DNA of 64,000 bases. Source: an uncultured Candidatus Berkelbacteria bacterium. Lineage in GTDB: Bacteria > Patescibacteriota > UBA1384 > UBA12157. The translations under genes were made by a program, and so were the position numbers. Shown piece after piece: positions 1 to 10,098 of this stretch (its first letter is position 1; each line of letters opens with the position of its first letter). A model generated the notes under the pieces. The model did no database searches, was not told the origin of the DNA, and saw only the letters and a list, made by a program, of their open reading frames with translations. The stretch is taken from the NCBI GenBank assembly GCA_903877885.1, contig CAIRFN010000006.1, forward strand, positions 86,054 to 150,053, read 5' to 3'.

Positions 1-651
1 TTTTTATTTACTAGAACAAAATATAAAAGAGCAATTGAATTTAATCCGGAAGGCGATACGATTCCACTTTTGTATGACGAATATGATCGTTGCGCCGCAG
101 ATTATCTAAATCCGCCAGCTGGCGGAGATACTGATATGGCCAGGGCATTTTTTTTCACGGAAACAGATTTAGAGAAAGATTTACCGCAATATTATTTACG
201 ATTTTCCAAAATTGCTAATTTCTTGCAAATGCCGCGAATAGATATCTTAACTTATGCCAAAGAAGAAAAAACATCAGATTTAACTGAAGTTGAAAAAGTC
301 GAAATTGAAAATCGCATTGAAGTGGCCAAAAAATGGCTGGCCGATTATGCGCCGGAATCGGTTAAATTTACGGTCCAAGAAAATTTGCCAGAAATTACCA
401 AAAATTTAACTGAAACTCAAAAAAACTATTTACACCAATTGGCTGATGTTATTTCAAAACAAGAAAAATGGACTGGTGAAGATTTGCATAAAGCGATTCA
501 TGATTTGAAAAATGAGACTGCAATTGCACCAAAAGATGCTTTTTCCGCGATTTATATAACAATCTTAGGAAAAGATTCCGGCCCGCAGGCCGGTTGGCTA
601 CTTGCTAGTTTAGACCATGATTTTGTAGTTGAGAGATTGAGAGAAATATAA
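1..651 (+). CDS. lysS: Class I lysyl-tRNA synthetase, C-terminal part (5' end outside the window)
   Basis: Frame open from base 1. The anticodon-binding domain ends in AFSAIYITILGKDSGPQAGWLL, typical of class I LysRS. Confidence 0.9.
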   Translation, partial: FLFTRTKYKRAIEFNPEGDTIPLLYDEYDRCAADYLNPPAGGDTDMARAFFFTETDLEKDLPQYYLRFSKIANFLQMPRIDILTYAKEEKTSDLTEVEKVEIENRIEVAKKWLADYAPESVKFTVQENLPEITKNLTETQKNYLHQLADVISKQEKWTGEDLHKAIHDLKNETAIAPKDAFSAIYITILGKDSGPQAGWLLASLDHDFVVERLREI

Positions 652-672
652 AATCCATCGGAGGGGTGATAA

Positions 673-903
673 TTGAGAATCGAGATAGATCAAAGCGGGA
701 AAATTGAATATACAAATAAGCCGACAATTGTGGCTTATTCCAAAAAGAGTAAAGATGTTTCAATTTTTACAACACAAATTGGGAAAAAATCAAGAGCACA
801 TGATTTAGCTTGGAAAGAGTTTCAAGATAAAACACATAAAACAGTTCAAAGAATTAGTGCGGGAGAGATAATTAAAATAATTAAAAAATCGGGGAATGTT
901 TAA
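673..903 (+). pseudogene. Short DUF3800-like (RNase H-like fold) ORF, probably internally deleted
   Basis: N-terminal IEIDQSG resembles the DUF3800 DESG motif. It is followed closely by a C-terminal-like IGKKSRAH block. Only 76 aa. Confidence 0.45.
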
Positions 904-945
904 GCGCCGAATGGTTACGGCGGGTCGACACCCTACCCGATCATG
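883..945 (-). ncRNA. Candidate small structured RNA antisense to the 3' end of the DUF3800-like ORF
   Basis: ATCGGG (888-893) and CCCGAT (936-941) close a stem with an inner CGCCG/CGGCG hairpin. A U-tract follows on the minus strand and a promoter lies upstream. Confidence 0.45.
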
Positions 946-950
946 AGTAA

Positions 951-979
951 ATTATAACGTATTTTATCGAGTTTGTCAA
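951..979 (-). promoter_or_regulatory. Consensus sigma70 promoter on the minus strand
   Basis: Reverse complement reads TTGACA-17 nt-TATAAT and points at the hairpin region 883-945. Confidence 0.7.
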
Positions 980-1012
980 GTTCAAGAATATTTTAATCAA
1001 GAGGAAAAAACA

Positions 1013-2251
1013 ATGTTAGATATCAAATTTGTTCGAGAAAATTTAGACGAAGTTAAAAAATCTTTAAGCAAAAAAGGTCATGAATACGATTTGGAAACAG
1101 TCTTAAAACTCGACGATCAAAAACGTGATTTACAAAATCGAATTGAACTGTTGCAGGCCGAAGCCAACAAACTCGCCAAAGAAGGCCAGCGTTCCGATCG
1201 AGCTGTGGAAATCAAACAAATGCTCAAAGATTTGGAACCGCAATTAATTGAAGCCAAAGAAAAATTATTTGTCGAATTAGCTCAAATTCCAAACTTACCA
1301 GCTGAAGATGTACCGACCGCCGAAGAAGGGGACAAGGAAACCTACAAATGGGGCGAGATTCCTAAATTTGATTTTGAAGTCAAAGATCATTTGGAGTTGG
1401 GTGAAGCGCTCGATTTAATTGATATGGAGCGTGGCGCTCGGGTTTCTGGTGCCAGGTTTTATTACTTAAAAAACGAACTGGTTTTGCTGGAATTTGCTTT
1501 AATTCAATATTTGGCCGGAAAATTAACCAAAAAGGGTTTTACGCCAATGATTGTGCCAGATTTGGTTAAAGAAGAGGCGATGTTTGCGACTGGTTTTTTT
1601 CCGGCTGAAAAAAATGAAATTTACCACGTTAATCCTGATGAAGACAATCTCTATTTAATTGGCACAGCTGAAGTGCCACTGGCCTCTTATCACGCTGGTG
1701 AAACCTTAACTTATGAAGAATTACCGAAAAAATATTTTGGCTTTTCCAGTTGTTTTCGTCGTGAAGCAGGAAGCTATGGTCGTGATACCAAGGGGATTAT
1801 TCGTGTTCATCAGTTTGATAAAGTGGAAATGTTTGTTTTTGCTCGACCGGAAGAGGCTTGGCAGATTTTCGAAGAACTTTATATGATCAACCGCGAAATC
1901 TTTGAGGAATTGGGACTTCCCTACCATCAAATCAATATTAATGCTGGCGAACTGGGCGCGCCAAATACTAAAAAAATTGATACTGAAGTTTGGATTCCGT
2001 CGCAAAATACTTATCGTGAGCTAACTTCTTGTTCCAATGATTCTGATTATCAAGCCCGTCGGATGAATTGCCGCTATAAAACTAAAGAAGGTAAAACCGA
2101 ATTTGTTCATACCTTGAACGACACGGCGATCGCAGTGGCTCGAACACTCGTTGCGATTATGGAAAATTATCAACAAGCCGACGGCTCGATTAAAGTGCCA
2201 GAGGTTTTGGTGAAGTATACGAATTTCGATGTAATCAAGGAGAAAAAATAA
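1013..2251 (+). CDS. serS: Serine-tRNA ligase
   Basis: MLDIKFVREN start, GTAEVPL, CFRREAG, HQFDKVE and HTLNDTA motifs. Confidence 0.98.
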   Translation: MLDIKFVRENLDEVKKSLSKKGHEYDLETVLKLDDQKRDLQNRIELLQAEANKLAKEGQRSDRAVEIKQMLKDLEPQLIEAKEKLFVELAQIPNLPAEDVPTAEEGDKETYKWGEIPKFDFEVKDHLELGEALDLIDMERGARVSGARFYYLKNELVLLEFALIQYLAGKLTKKGFTPMIVPDLVKEEAMFATGFFPAEKNEIYHVNPDEDNLYLIGTAEVPLASYHAGETLTYEELPKKYFGFSSCFRREAGSYGRDTKGIIRVHQFDKVEMFVFARPEEAWQIFEELYMINREIFEELGLPYHQININAGELGAPNTKKIDTEVWIPSQNTYRELTSCSNDSDYQARRMNCRYKTKEGKTEFVHTLNDTAIAVARTLVAIMENYQQADGSIKVPEVLVKYTNFDVIKEKK

Positions 2252-2252
2252 T

Positions 2253-2579
2253 ATGACGATTCAAATCACTGGTCACAATGTTGAATTAAATGATGATTTA
2301 AAAAGTTATACTGAAGAAAAAGTCTTGAAATTCGTTGATTTAATTGAAGAGCCGGCTTCTTGCAATATTTTCTTATCCAATGAGTTCGGTCCTAAAGGTG
2401 GCGAAGACAAATTAGTCAGATTAACCTTATCACTGCCTGGTGAAAAAAATCCGATTCATGTCGAAGCCCAAACCGACGATTTCTTTGGTTCGATTGATTT
2501 AGCCCAAGAAAAGCTTGAACAACAGATTTTAAAATACAAGGAACAGGTTAAAATCGGCGACCGTCATATTGAGGAATAA
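2253..2579 (+). CDS. hpf: Ribosome hibernation promoting factor (HPF/RaiA)
   Basis: IQITGHNVEL...YTEEK...DFFGSIDLAQEKLEQQILKYKE pattern. Confidence 0.88.
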   Translation: MTIQITGHNVELNDDLKSYTEEKVLKFVDLIEEPASCNIFLSNEFGPKGGEDKLVRLTLSLPGEKNPIHVEAQTDDFFGSIDLAQEKLEQQILKYKEQVKIGDRHIEE

Positions 2580-2581
2580 AA

Positions 2582-3369
2582 ATGAACGAATTACTAACTA
2601 AAAAAGAAGCAGTTGATTTTCTTGTGCTGAAAGAGCAAATAACAGAGGCCGTTTTTACTTTGAGAAAGAAAAACTTCAAAAATGGATTGATGATTTTCAT
2701 TGGAGAACAATTGAGCTAAATCTTGCTGATTATCAACTTTGTCTTGACTTTGCTTTAGCTCAACATTTTAGAGGTTATGTTGTTTCCGATTGGGGTACTG
2801 CAAGACAGAGAGAATTTGGTCAAAAGTTGACCAATTGGATCAAAGGTCAATTAGCAGAAGTTGCTGTAAAAAAGTTTTTTAAGAATGAGTTTGGTGTTGA
2901 AATTGAATTAGATTTTAGGATTTATGATCAAATAGTTCCACAGGATATCATCGGAGTTAAAATAAAAGACAAGATTAGACAACCAAAAATTGGAATAGGA
3001 ATAAAAGCTTCCAAACCCAAAAGTGCTTATCTTATTTTAGGTGAAAATGAAATCAGTATTCCGGAACGAAGGTCAGATTTTTATATTTATTGTAGACCAG
3101 ATATTCCTGATGATCATCTTCTGCGGTTAACTAGAAATGAAATTATTAAAGCTGTTAAAAATGAGCAACATTTTTCGACATATAAAGATAAAATTCCTTA
3201 TTTTGTACCAATAAAATGCGAAATAGTAGGTTTCTGTGCGATCAATGAACTCGAAAAGGTGTCTAGTATTGAAGGGCAAGTGTTTGATAATGGTTATAGG
3301 TTTGTCCGCAAGTCAGGCAAATTACATCGATCCAGAGAAGATTGGGAAGGCTTGTTGGGTCGGTTGTAA
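2582..3369 (+). pseudogene. Putative type II restriction endonuclease with an N-terminal HTH-like segment, frameshifted near 2625
   Basis: The ATG 2582 frame (MNELLTKKEAVDFL) differs from the long frame, which is open from about 2626 (..RGRFYFEKE..CLDFALAQHFRGY..GQLAEVAV). Convergent with the C5 methyltransferase. Confidence 0.6.
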
Positions 3370-4467
3370 AGAAAAATCAATTTTGTCAGTTTTTTTATAG
3401 ATTTGAATATTCGATTTTACACTTTCATATTTAACACCGGCAAATGTTTTTAATATCGCCTCGAATATTTCTTGTGCAACTTTTGGTGGAACGGCCATGC
3501 CAATTTGTTTGCGAACTTGCTCTTTAGAACCTTCGAATTGAAAATTATCAGGAAAAGTTTGAATTCTAGCACGTTCGCGATTTGTAAGTGCTCTATTCTC
3601 CTCCCAATGGTAAACATGCGTTCCGCCGCCGCCGCTTCCGGTAATTGTATATGATGGTTTTTCCGGGTGTAATCTTTTATATATTTGGCTCATCTTGGCG
3701 CCTTTTACATTCATTTGTAAATGACTAGGAATCCCTTTATACCATGCATTTTCGCCAGCTGGGATAAATTTAAGTCTTTCAATAACTAAATCGGATTGTT
3801 TTGTAATCTCATTATTAAATGCATTCTCAGGAATTGGCGGATTTTCTATTGCTGATTTTGCCGAAATAAAATCGTTCTTTGTAATTGGTGCTGGAATATC
3901 AAATTTTAACTGTAAATCTTTTCGGATTCCAACAATTACTATTCGATGCCTTGTTTGCGGCACACCATATTCTTCAAATTTATACAGGTTTACCGTAATT
4001 TCATAACCTTTACCTGCAATTTCTAAATCAGAAAGAATTTTTTCAAAAGCTTTTCCGTTATTTGCACTTTGTAAACCACTTACGTTTTCTGCAATAAACC
4101 ATTTTGGGTTTTTTGCTTCGATAGCTTTAATGCCATATGTATACAATGGTCCGAATTTACCGTTGAAACCTTTCTGTTTGCCAACTAAACTAAAATCGTT
4201 GCAAGGAAAACCAAAAGCTAAAGCGTCAAAATCCGGTACCTTATTAAAATCTATTTCTTCGACGGGTTTGCAAATTACAGCTTTTGGATTTTCTGGATGA
4301 ATATTTTTAATATAAGTTTGGCATGTAGATTCATCGTAATCGTTTGCCCAAATCGGGTTTATCGAAAGAATAGTATCTTCGGTTTTAATGTTTGATTTAA
4401 GTGCTCCTAAAGCTAATCCGCCAGGTCCGCAAAAAAGTTCAGCCAAGCGGAAAGTTATTTTTTTCAT
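3322..4467 (-). CDS. dcm: DNA (cytosine-5)-methyltransferase
   Basis: Motif I ELFCGPGG, motif IV GFPCNDFS, motif VI ENV, motif VIII PQTRHR, then RERARIQTFPD and QIGMAVPP. Confidence 0.95.
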   Translation of the reverse strand: MKKITFRLAELFCGPGGLALGALKSNIKTEDTILSINPIWANDYDESTCQTYIKNIHPENPKAVICKPVEEIDFNKVPDFDALAFGFPCNDFSLVGKQKGFNGKFGPLYTYGIKAIEAKNPKWFIAENVSGLQSANNGKAFEKILSDLEIAGKGYEITVNLYKFEEYGVPQTRHRIVIVGIRKDLQLKFDIPAPITKNDFISAKSAIENPPIPENAFNNEITKQSDLVIERLKFIPAGENAWYKGIPSHLQMNVKGAKMSQIYKRLHPEKPSYTITGSGGGGTHVYHWEENRALTNRERARIQTFPDNFQFEGSKEQVRKQIGMAVPPKVAQEIFEAILKTFAGVKYESVKSNIQIYKKTDKIDFSLQPTQQAFPIFSGSM

Positions 4468-4671
4468 ATATTTTCCTATGCGTTATTATTTTTTTATTAT
4501 CTATATCTATTATATTACAAATAATTAAAATGTCACTGTGGATAACTCGAACAAAAAACGAACATAAAATATTTATTACTTTTTCAATAGTTTATTATTA
4601 AAAATGACTAGATTTATTCAACCGATCTGGTATACTTTAGTTAGTCCAAGTTAACGCAAGAAAGGCACAAA

Positions 4672-7236
4672 ATGCTGGATTTTTTAGGTAAAATGTTTGG
4701 TTCAAACCAAGGCGTAATTAATCAACTCCAACCAATAGTTGATTCGATTAATGCACTCGAACCAGATTTTGGAAAATTAACCGATGAAGAATTAAAAAAT
4801 AAAACTCAAGAATTTAAAGAACGGTTGGTAAAAGGTGAAACGCTCGATGATCTTCTACCTGAAGCCTTTGCAGCCGTGAGAGAAGCCTCAAAACGCACCA
4901 TTGGCCAGCGTCATTTTGACGTTCAATTAGTTGGTGGCATTGTCTTGCATCAGGGTAAAATCGCTGAAATGCGCACTGGTGAAGGTAAGACCTTGGTTGC
5001 GACTTTACCACTTTACTTAAATGCGCTCGAAGGAAAAGGTGTTCATCTTATTACTGTCAACGATTATTTGGCGCGGTTTCATTGCGCCTGGATGGGCCAA
5101 ATTTATCATAAATTAGGATTATCAACCGCGGTTATTAATCACGAATCATCATTTGTCTATAATCCGATCAAAAGTGATCCAGATGCCGATCCGGTTAATA
5201 TTGAATACGAAAATTTGCAAGCCGTTTCCAGACAAGACGCTTACAATGCCGATATTACCTATGGCACTAATAACGAATTTGGTTTTGATTATTTGCGCGA
5301 CAATATGGTCCAAAGTTTGGAGCAAATGGCTCAACGCGAACAGCATTTTGCTATTGTTGATGAAGTTGACTCTATTTTAATTGATGAGGCGCGCACTCCT
5401 TTAATTATTTCAGCGCCCGCCGAAGAATCGGCCGGACTTTACCGTCAATTTGCTCAAATGGTGCCAAAATTAGAAGAAACAACCGATTACACCATTGATG
5501 AAAAAATGCGTGCTGTCAGTTTGACTGAAATTGGTATGGATAAGGTTGAGAAACTACTGGGTATTGAAAATATCTATGAAGCTAAATCGATCGAACTAGT
5601 CCATCATCTGGAGCAAGCTTTAATCGCCAATGTGCTTTACAAAAAAGATAAAGATTATGTGGTCAAAGATGGTGAAGTGGTGATCGTCGATGAATTTACC
5701 GGCCGATTAATGCCCGGTCGCCGTTACTCTGAAGGTTTACATCAAGCCATTGAAGCTAAAGAAGGGGTGGAAGTTCAGCGCGAATCAAATACTTTGGCGA
5801 CGATTTCTTTTCAGAATTTGTTTCGCATGTATAAAAAGCTTGCCGGTATGACTGGAACGGCCGCTACTGAAGCTGAAGAATTTTACAAAATTTACAAATT
5901 GGATGTGGTGGAAATTCCAACCAATAAAGATAATATTCGCAAAGATTTGCAAGATTTAATTTACAAATCTGAAGAAGCCAAATTTCTAGCCGTGGTCGAA
6001 GAAGTTAAGCGTCGCAATGCGCTTGGTCAGCCAGTTTTGGTTGGCACAATTAGCATTGAAAAATCAGAGAAATTATCCCAAATGCTAAACCGCCGAGGGG
6101 TCAAACACGAAGTTTTAAATGCTAAGCACCATGAACGTGAAGCCAAGATTATTGAACAAGCCGGCCGCGCCGGCGCGGTTACAGTGGCCACAAACATGGC
6201 TGGTCGCGGTGTTGATATTTTGCTTGGCGGCGCGCCAATGAACACCGAAAAACGCGAAGAAGTGGCTGTTCTAGGCGGACTTCATATTATTGGAACCGAG
6301 CGACATGAATCTCGTCGAATTGATAATCAGCTCCGCGGTCGCGCCGGTCGTCAGGGTGATCCAGGTTCAAGTCAATTCTATGTTTGTATGGACGATGACT
6401 TAATGCGCATTTTTGGTGGCGACAGGATGAAAAGTTTGATGGACACCTTAAAGTTACCCGATGATATGCCAATTGAGCATTCTCTAATTTCCAAGTCAAT
6501 TGAGTCAGCTCAACGCAAAGTTGAAGGTCATAACTTTGATATTCGAAAACAACTTGTTGAATATGATGATGTGGCCAACAAACATCGCCAAGCAATTTAC
6601 GCCAAACGCAAACATATTTTGGAAGCGGATAGTATTCATCAAGATATTTTAGATTTGATGGACGATGAGGCTCAAACAGAATATCAAGCCAAGTATGACA
6701 AAATTGGCGCTGAGCCAATGGATCAAATTGAAAAAATGGTTTATTTGCGTTCAATCGATACGATTTGGGTTGAGCATTTGAATGCGCTCGACGTTTTGCG
6801 CGAAGGCATTGGTTTACGAGGTTATGGTCAACGCGACCCGTTAGTCGAGTACAAAGCCGAAGCTTACAATCTATTTCAACGTTTAATGACCAGTATCGAC
6901 GCTCAAGTGGTGGATTTTCTGCTTAAAGCCGAAATCAAAGTTGGTCCGCAAAATTTATCGATTGAGCAAGCGCCGCAGAGAAATATGCGTCTTCAAGGCG
7001 CCGATGAAAGTCTAGCCGGCGGGGCAATTCAAAAACAAAAAAATGATGTCATTTCGAGTGGTAGCGAGAAATCTATAAAAAATAATAAAGTGGAAGTCAC
7101 GGTTCGTAAGCGTCCATCAACTGACTCTGATTCTGAATCACCAAAATCCGCGCCTAGTCCATTCGGCCAAGTCGGTAGAAATGACCCTTGCCCCTGCGGT
7201 TCGGGCAAGAAGTTCAAAAAATGCCATGGGAAATAA
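4672..7236 (+). CDS. secA: Preprotein translocase subunit SecA
   Basis: [37 protein letters not shown] and a C-terminal SEC-C motif [19 protein letters not shown]. Confidence 0.99.
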   Translation: MLDFLGKMFGSNQGVINQLQPIVDSINALEPDFGKLTDEELKNKTQEFKERLVKGETLDDLLPEAFAAVREASKRTIGQRHFDVQLVGGIVLHQGKIAEMRTGEGKTLVATLPLYLNALEGKGVHLITVNDYLARFHCAWMGQIYHKLGLSTAVINHESSFVYNPIKSDPDADPVNIEYENLQAVSRQDAYNADITYGTNNEFGFDYLRDNMVQSLEQMAQREQHFAIVDEVDSILIDEARTPLIISAPAEESAGLYRQFAQMVPKLEETTDYTIDEKMRAVSLTEIGMDKVEKLLGIENIYEAKSIELVHHLEQALIANVLYKKDKDYVVKDGEVVIVDEFTGRLMPGRRYSEGLHQAIEAKEGVEVQRESNTLATISFQNLFRMYKKLAGMTGTAATEAEEFYKIYKLDVVEIPTNKDNIRKDLQDLIYKSEEAKFLAVVEEVKRRNALGQPVLVGTISIEKSEKLSQMLNRRGVKHEVLNAKHHEREAKIIEQAGRAGAVTVATNMAGRGVDILLGGAPMNTEKREEVAVLGGLHIIGTERHESRRIDNQLRGRAGRQGDPGSSQFYVCMDDDLMRIFGGDRMKSLMDTLKLPDDMPIEHSLISKSIESAQRKVEGHNFDIRKQLVEYDDVANKHRQAIYAKRKHILEADSIHQDILDLMDDEAQTEYQAKYDKIGAEPMDQIEKMVYLRSIDTIWVEHLNALDVLREGIGLRGYGQRDPLVEYKAEAYNLFQRLMTSIDAQVVDFLLKAEIKVGPQNLSIEQAPQRNMRLQGADESLAGGAIQKQKNDVISSGSEKSIKNNKVEVTVRKRPSTDSDSESPKSAPSPFGQVGRNDPCPCGSGKKFKKCHGK
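7047..7074 (+). repeat. GTCATT-type palindromic mini-repeat inside the secA C-terminal linker
   Basis: TGTCATTTCGAGTGGTAGCGAGAAATCT has the same TGTCAT-start design as intergenic elements at 34763, 35640 and 42710. Confidence 0.5.
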
Positions 7237-7239
7237 TAT

Positions 7240-7303
7240 AGTAAAGGACTGTCCTTCCAGGTTCAACAGTACCAGGTTAAGGACTGTCCTTAAGTAATAG
7301 GTG
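7240..7303 (+). repeat. 64-bp direct repeat, copy 1, with two AAGGACTGTCCTT palindromes (REP-like)
   Basis: Identical to 8869-8932. Confidence 0.95.
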
Positions 7304-7308
7304 GTGAC

Positions 7309-7878
7309 ATGGGTGTATTAAAATATAAAGAATCGGCGCCAAATACATATTATCATTTGTATAATCGAGGGAATAAAAAGAAGGAAATTTTTCTTGATAA
7401 AACTGATTATCGAATTTATCTTAATCGGTTATTAAAAGCTAGTAAAAAATATAACTTTTCAATTATTGCTTATTGCCTAATGCCGAATCATTTCCATCTA
7501 ATTGTAAAGCAAAACGATTTATCCTCACCTGCGAATTTAATGGCATCAGTTAATACTAGCTACTCGATGATTTTTAATCTAAAATATAAAACAGTTGGTC
7601 ATTTATTTCAGGATCGATATAAGCAGAAAATAATCAAAGATGATCAATATATACTAAATTTAATTGCTTATATTCATTTTAATCCAGTTAATGATAAATT
7701 ATGCGTTTTCCCTAAAGAGTATTGTTGGAGTAGTTATCTGGAATATGCCGGGTTAGTGAAAAATTGGTTATGTGATAAACAGCTAATGGATAGTTTTAAT
7801 CTAAAAGGACAGTCCTTTGAGGATTATATTCGTTCGTCTTACGAAATCAGTCCGTATGATGCATTTGATCAAGATTAA
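7309..7878 (+). mobile_element. REP-associated tyrosine (HUH/Y1) transposase, RAYT-like
   Basis: YYHLYNRGN, AYCLMPNHFHL (HUH), GHLFQDRY and YIHFNPV motifs. Flanked by palindromes. Confidence 0.92.
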
Positions 7879-7883
7879 TAGTA

Positions 7884-7896
7884 AAGGACTGTCCTT
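7884..7896 (+). repeat. Single REP-like palindrome AAGGACTGTCCTT
   Basis: Same palindrome as at 7244, 7279, 8873 and 8908. An inverted variant lies inside the transposase at 7804-7818. Confidence 0.9.
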
Positions 7897-7914
7897 AAGT
7901 AATAAAGTAATAGG

Positions 7915-8397
7915 ATGAAATTTAAAAATATCATAGGGAATAATTATATGGAAAACAAAATTAATCAAGAACAATTTATAGAAATTGTCGAAAATATTGC
8001 AAAAGAAACAACAAAAATGTCCCAAAAGATAATTGGAGATATTTTCCCAATAAAATCATTAACAATATTTGCGCATAGCGGAAAAGAATTTGATCAATTG
8101 GTAGAAATATTATCGGAAATGGGCAAACAATATAACTATAATAATGGTCCAAGAATTGAGCTGTTCGAGCCGATTGAAGTCGAAAATAATAATGTAGAAT
8201 ATATAAGAATTAGAAAACCAGATATTGAGCGTCCGCAAATTGGTTGTAATGATTTTGAAACAAACTACGAAGATTTCAAGGAAAAATACTTATCTAAATA
8301 TCCAAATAATCTTTTTCTTATTGAGAGAACAGATTACGAGATGATTGAAATGAAAGATAAAGATTTTGATGTTTTGGCTTATGTGGTTTCTAATTAA
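7915..8397 (+). CDS. Hypothetical protein (weak glyoxalase/YecM-like resemblance); start may be 7948
   Basis: 160-aa ORF containing IRIRKPD..RPQIGCNDF. Confidence 0.6.
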   Translation: MKFKNIIGNNYMENKINQEQFIEIVENIAKETTKMSQKIIGDIFPIKSLTIFAHSGKEFDQLVEILSEMGKQYNYNNGPRIELFEPIEVENNNVEYIRIRKPDIERPQIGCNDFETNYEDFKEKYLSKYPNNLFLIERTDYEMIEMKDKDFDVLAYVVSN

Positions 8398-8414
8398 TAA
8401 ATTTTTTTAAATTT

Positions 8415-8855
8415 ATGGGAAATAAAATGAAAATTATGATTTGCGGGAGTATGAGTTTTGCTAAAGAAATGATCGAGCTTCAAAAGAAGCTTGAGGATTT
8501 TGGTCATGAAGTTTCTATTCCTTGTGATACCGATTTACATGTTGAAAAACCGGAATTTATTGACGATCTGGACAAAGACCGCGAACATTTGATTGCCAAT
8601 AATGTGATGAAAAAATGTTTTAAACTTTTAGCTAACAGCAAAACCGTTATTTTTCTTAATTTACCAAAAAATAAAATTGAAGGTTATATTGGAACATCTT
8701 CTTTGATGGAAATGGGATTGGCTTATTATTTAGGCAAAAAAATTTATTTAATGTATCCATTTCCTGATCCAAAAAACCATCGTTGGGCGCACGAAGTCGC
8801 GTCATTTATGCCAATAATTTTAGATGGTAAAATTGAAACTTTTAAAATAAATTAA
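8415..8855 (+). CDS. Hypothetical protein with a nucleoside 2-deoxyribosyltransferase-like fold
   Basis: KIMICGSMSF start and GYIGTSSLMEMGLAYYLGKKIYL motif. Confidence 0.65.
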   Translation: MGNKMKIMICGSMSFAKEMIELQKKLEDFGHEVSIPCDTDLHVEKPEFIDDLDKDREHLIANNVMKKCFKLLANSKTVIFLNLPKNKIEGYIGTSSLMEMGLAYYLGKKIYLMYPFPDPKNHRWAHEVASFMPIILDGKIETFKIN

Positions 8856-8868
8856 TTAAAAAATGAAC

Positions 8869-8932
8869 AGTAAAGGACTGTCCTTCCAGGTTCAACAGTA
8901 CCAGGTTAAGGACTGTCCTTAAGTAATAGGTG
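8869..8932 (+). repeat. 64-bp direct repeat, copy 2
   Basis: Identical to 7240-7303. Confidence 0.95.
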
Positions 8933-8950
8933 ATAATTTGAAAGGGCAAA

Positions 8951-9928
8951 ATGACTGAACAAGATTCAACTAACAAAATTCCACAAGACCAAAGAGAATT
9001 TACAGCGCCGCCGACTGGTGAGGTGAAATCAAAGTTAGAGGATGCTTCATCAATATTAAATAATATTGTGTCTGCTGAATTTTTAGCCAAATGCACTATT
9101 TCTTGGTCAGGAATTTCAGGAAGTAATACCAAAGAAACGTTTGAAAACTTGCTCGAATCTATCGACTATTATATTAAACTGGGAAATCGGGACGAGCAGG
9201 CTGAGGCTGGTCATTTATTAAACTTTTTGCGGCAGGCAGATCAGGTAGATTTTGACGCACTTGGAATCCAAGATGGCTCGAGTCTAACCACTGAAATACA
9301 AAAAATTTGGGAACCTGGTGGACGAATTGCAAATATTATCTGGAAACAAAAAACGGAATCTGGACCAGCAACATCAACTTCGCAAAAAGTAGAAACAGCC
9401 GTTGATACGAAGGAAGTAGAACCTCAATTTACGGTTCCGGCCCGAGTTTCTGAAATGGGTAAACTTACTACTTGGCCTAGAAATGAATATGGAAATTTCG
9501 GGGAGAAAGATGAATATTCTTCAGGTGTTTATGCGGTTGTTTTTAGTGATAAATTTAAAGAAAGAGAATCTCTTAATGGTAAAACATTTGTGGCCACTGA
9601 TTATATCTCACCAGACGCTATAAAATATGAGCCAAAGGGATTTGTTATTATCTGTCATAAAATGACTGGAAATCCTGTAGTAAGAGATAGGCATGGTGGC
9701 ACCAGAGCTTTCGATCGGCTAAGGACAATTGCTTTTACACCAGAAGAAATTTCTCAAGCGGGTGGTAAAGAAGCATTAATACAACAGTTAGATCAAATGG
9801 GAATTTGGGAAGATAGTTCTGGTCTTTGGTCTACAGCTAATGATGAAAAAAATCCGGAAGATATCGTGCGAGCAACTCCAAGTGTTGATGAAATAGTTTT
9901 ACAGAAAAATTTTCAGGAGGAGAAATGA
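8951..9928 (+). CDS. Hypothetical protein
   Basis: 325-aa ORF with no recognised motif. Confidence 0.7.
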   Translation: MTEQDSTNKIPQDQREFTAPPTGEVKSKLEDASSILNNIVSAEFLAKCTISWSGISGSNTKETFENLLESIDYYIKLGNRDEQAEAGHLLNFLRQADQVDFDALGIQDGSSLTTEIQKIWEPGGRIANIIWKQKTESGPATSTSQKVETAVDTKEVEPQFTVPARVSEMGKLTTWPRNEYGNFGEKDEYSSGVYAVVFSDKFKERESLNGKTFVATDYISPDAIKYEPKGFVIICHKMTGNPVVRDRHGGTRAFDRLRTIAFTPEEISQAGGKEALIQQLDQMGIWEDSSGLWSTANDEKNPEDIVRATPSVDEIVLQKNFQEEK

Positions 9929-10098
9929 TTAAAAAAGAAGGATCAAAGTGGGTGCTTTACACCCACGATGGTGAAAAAATTTTAGGCACGCATAAAACTA
10001 AAAAAGAAGCAGTAGCCCAGGAAGTGGCAATCAATATCAGCAAAGCTCAAGCAGCTGTTCATATTGTTTCTAAAAGAAAATCAATTAAACAAAAATGA
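9925..10098 (+). CDS. Small basic protein (57 aa) missing from the ORF track
   Basis: MIKKEGSKWVLYTHDGEKILGTHKTKKEAVAQEVAI... with an AGGAGG RBS and ATGA overlaps with both neighbours. Confidence 0.75.
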   Translation: MIKKEGSKWVLYTHDGEKILGTHKTKKEAVAQEVAINISKAQAAVHIVSKRKSIKQK

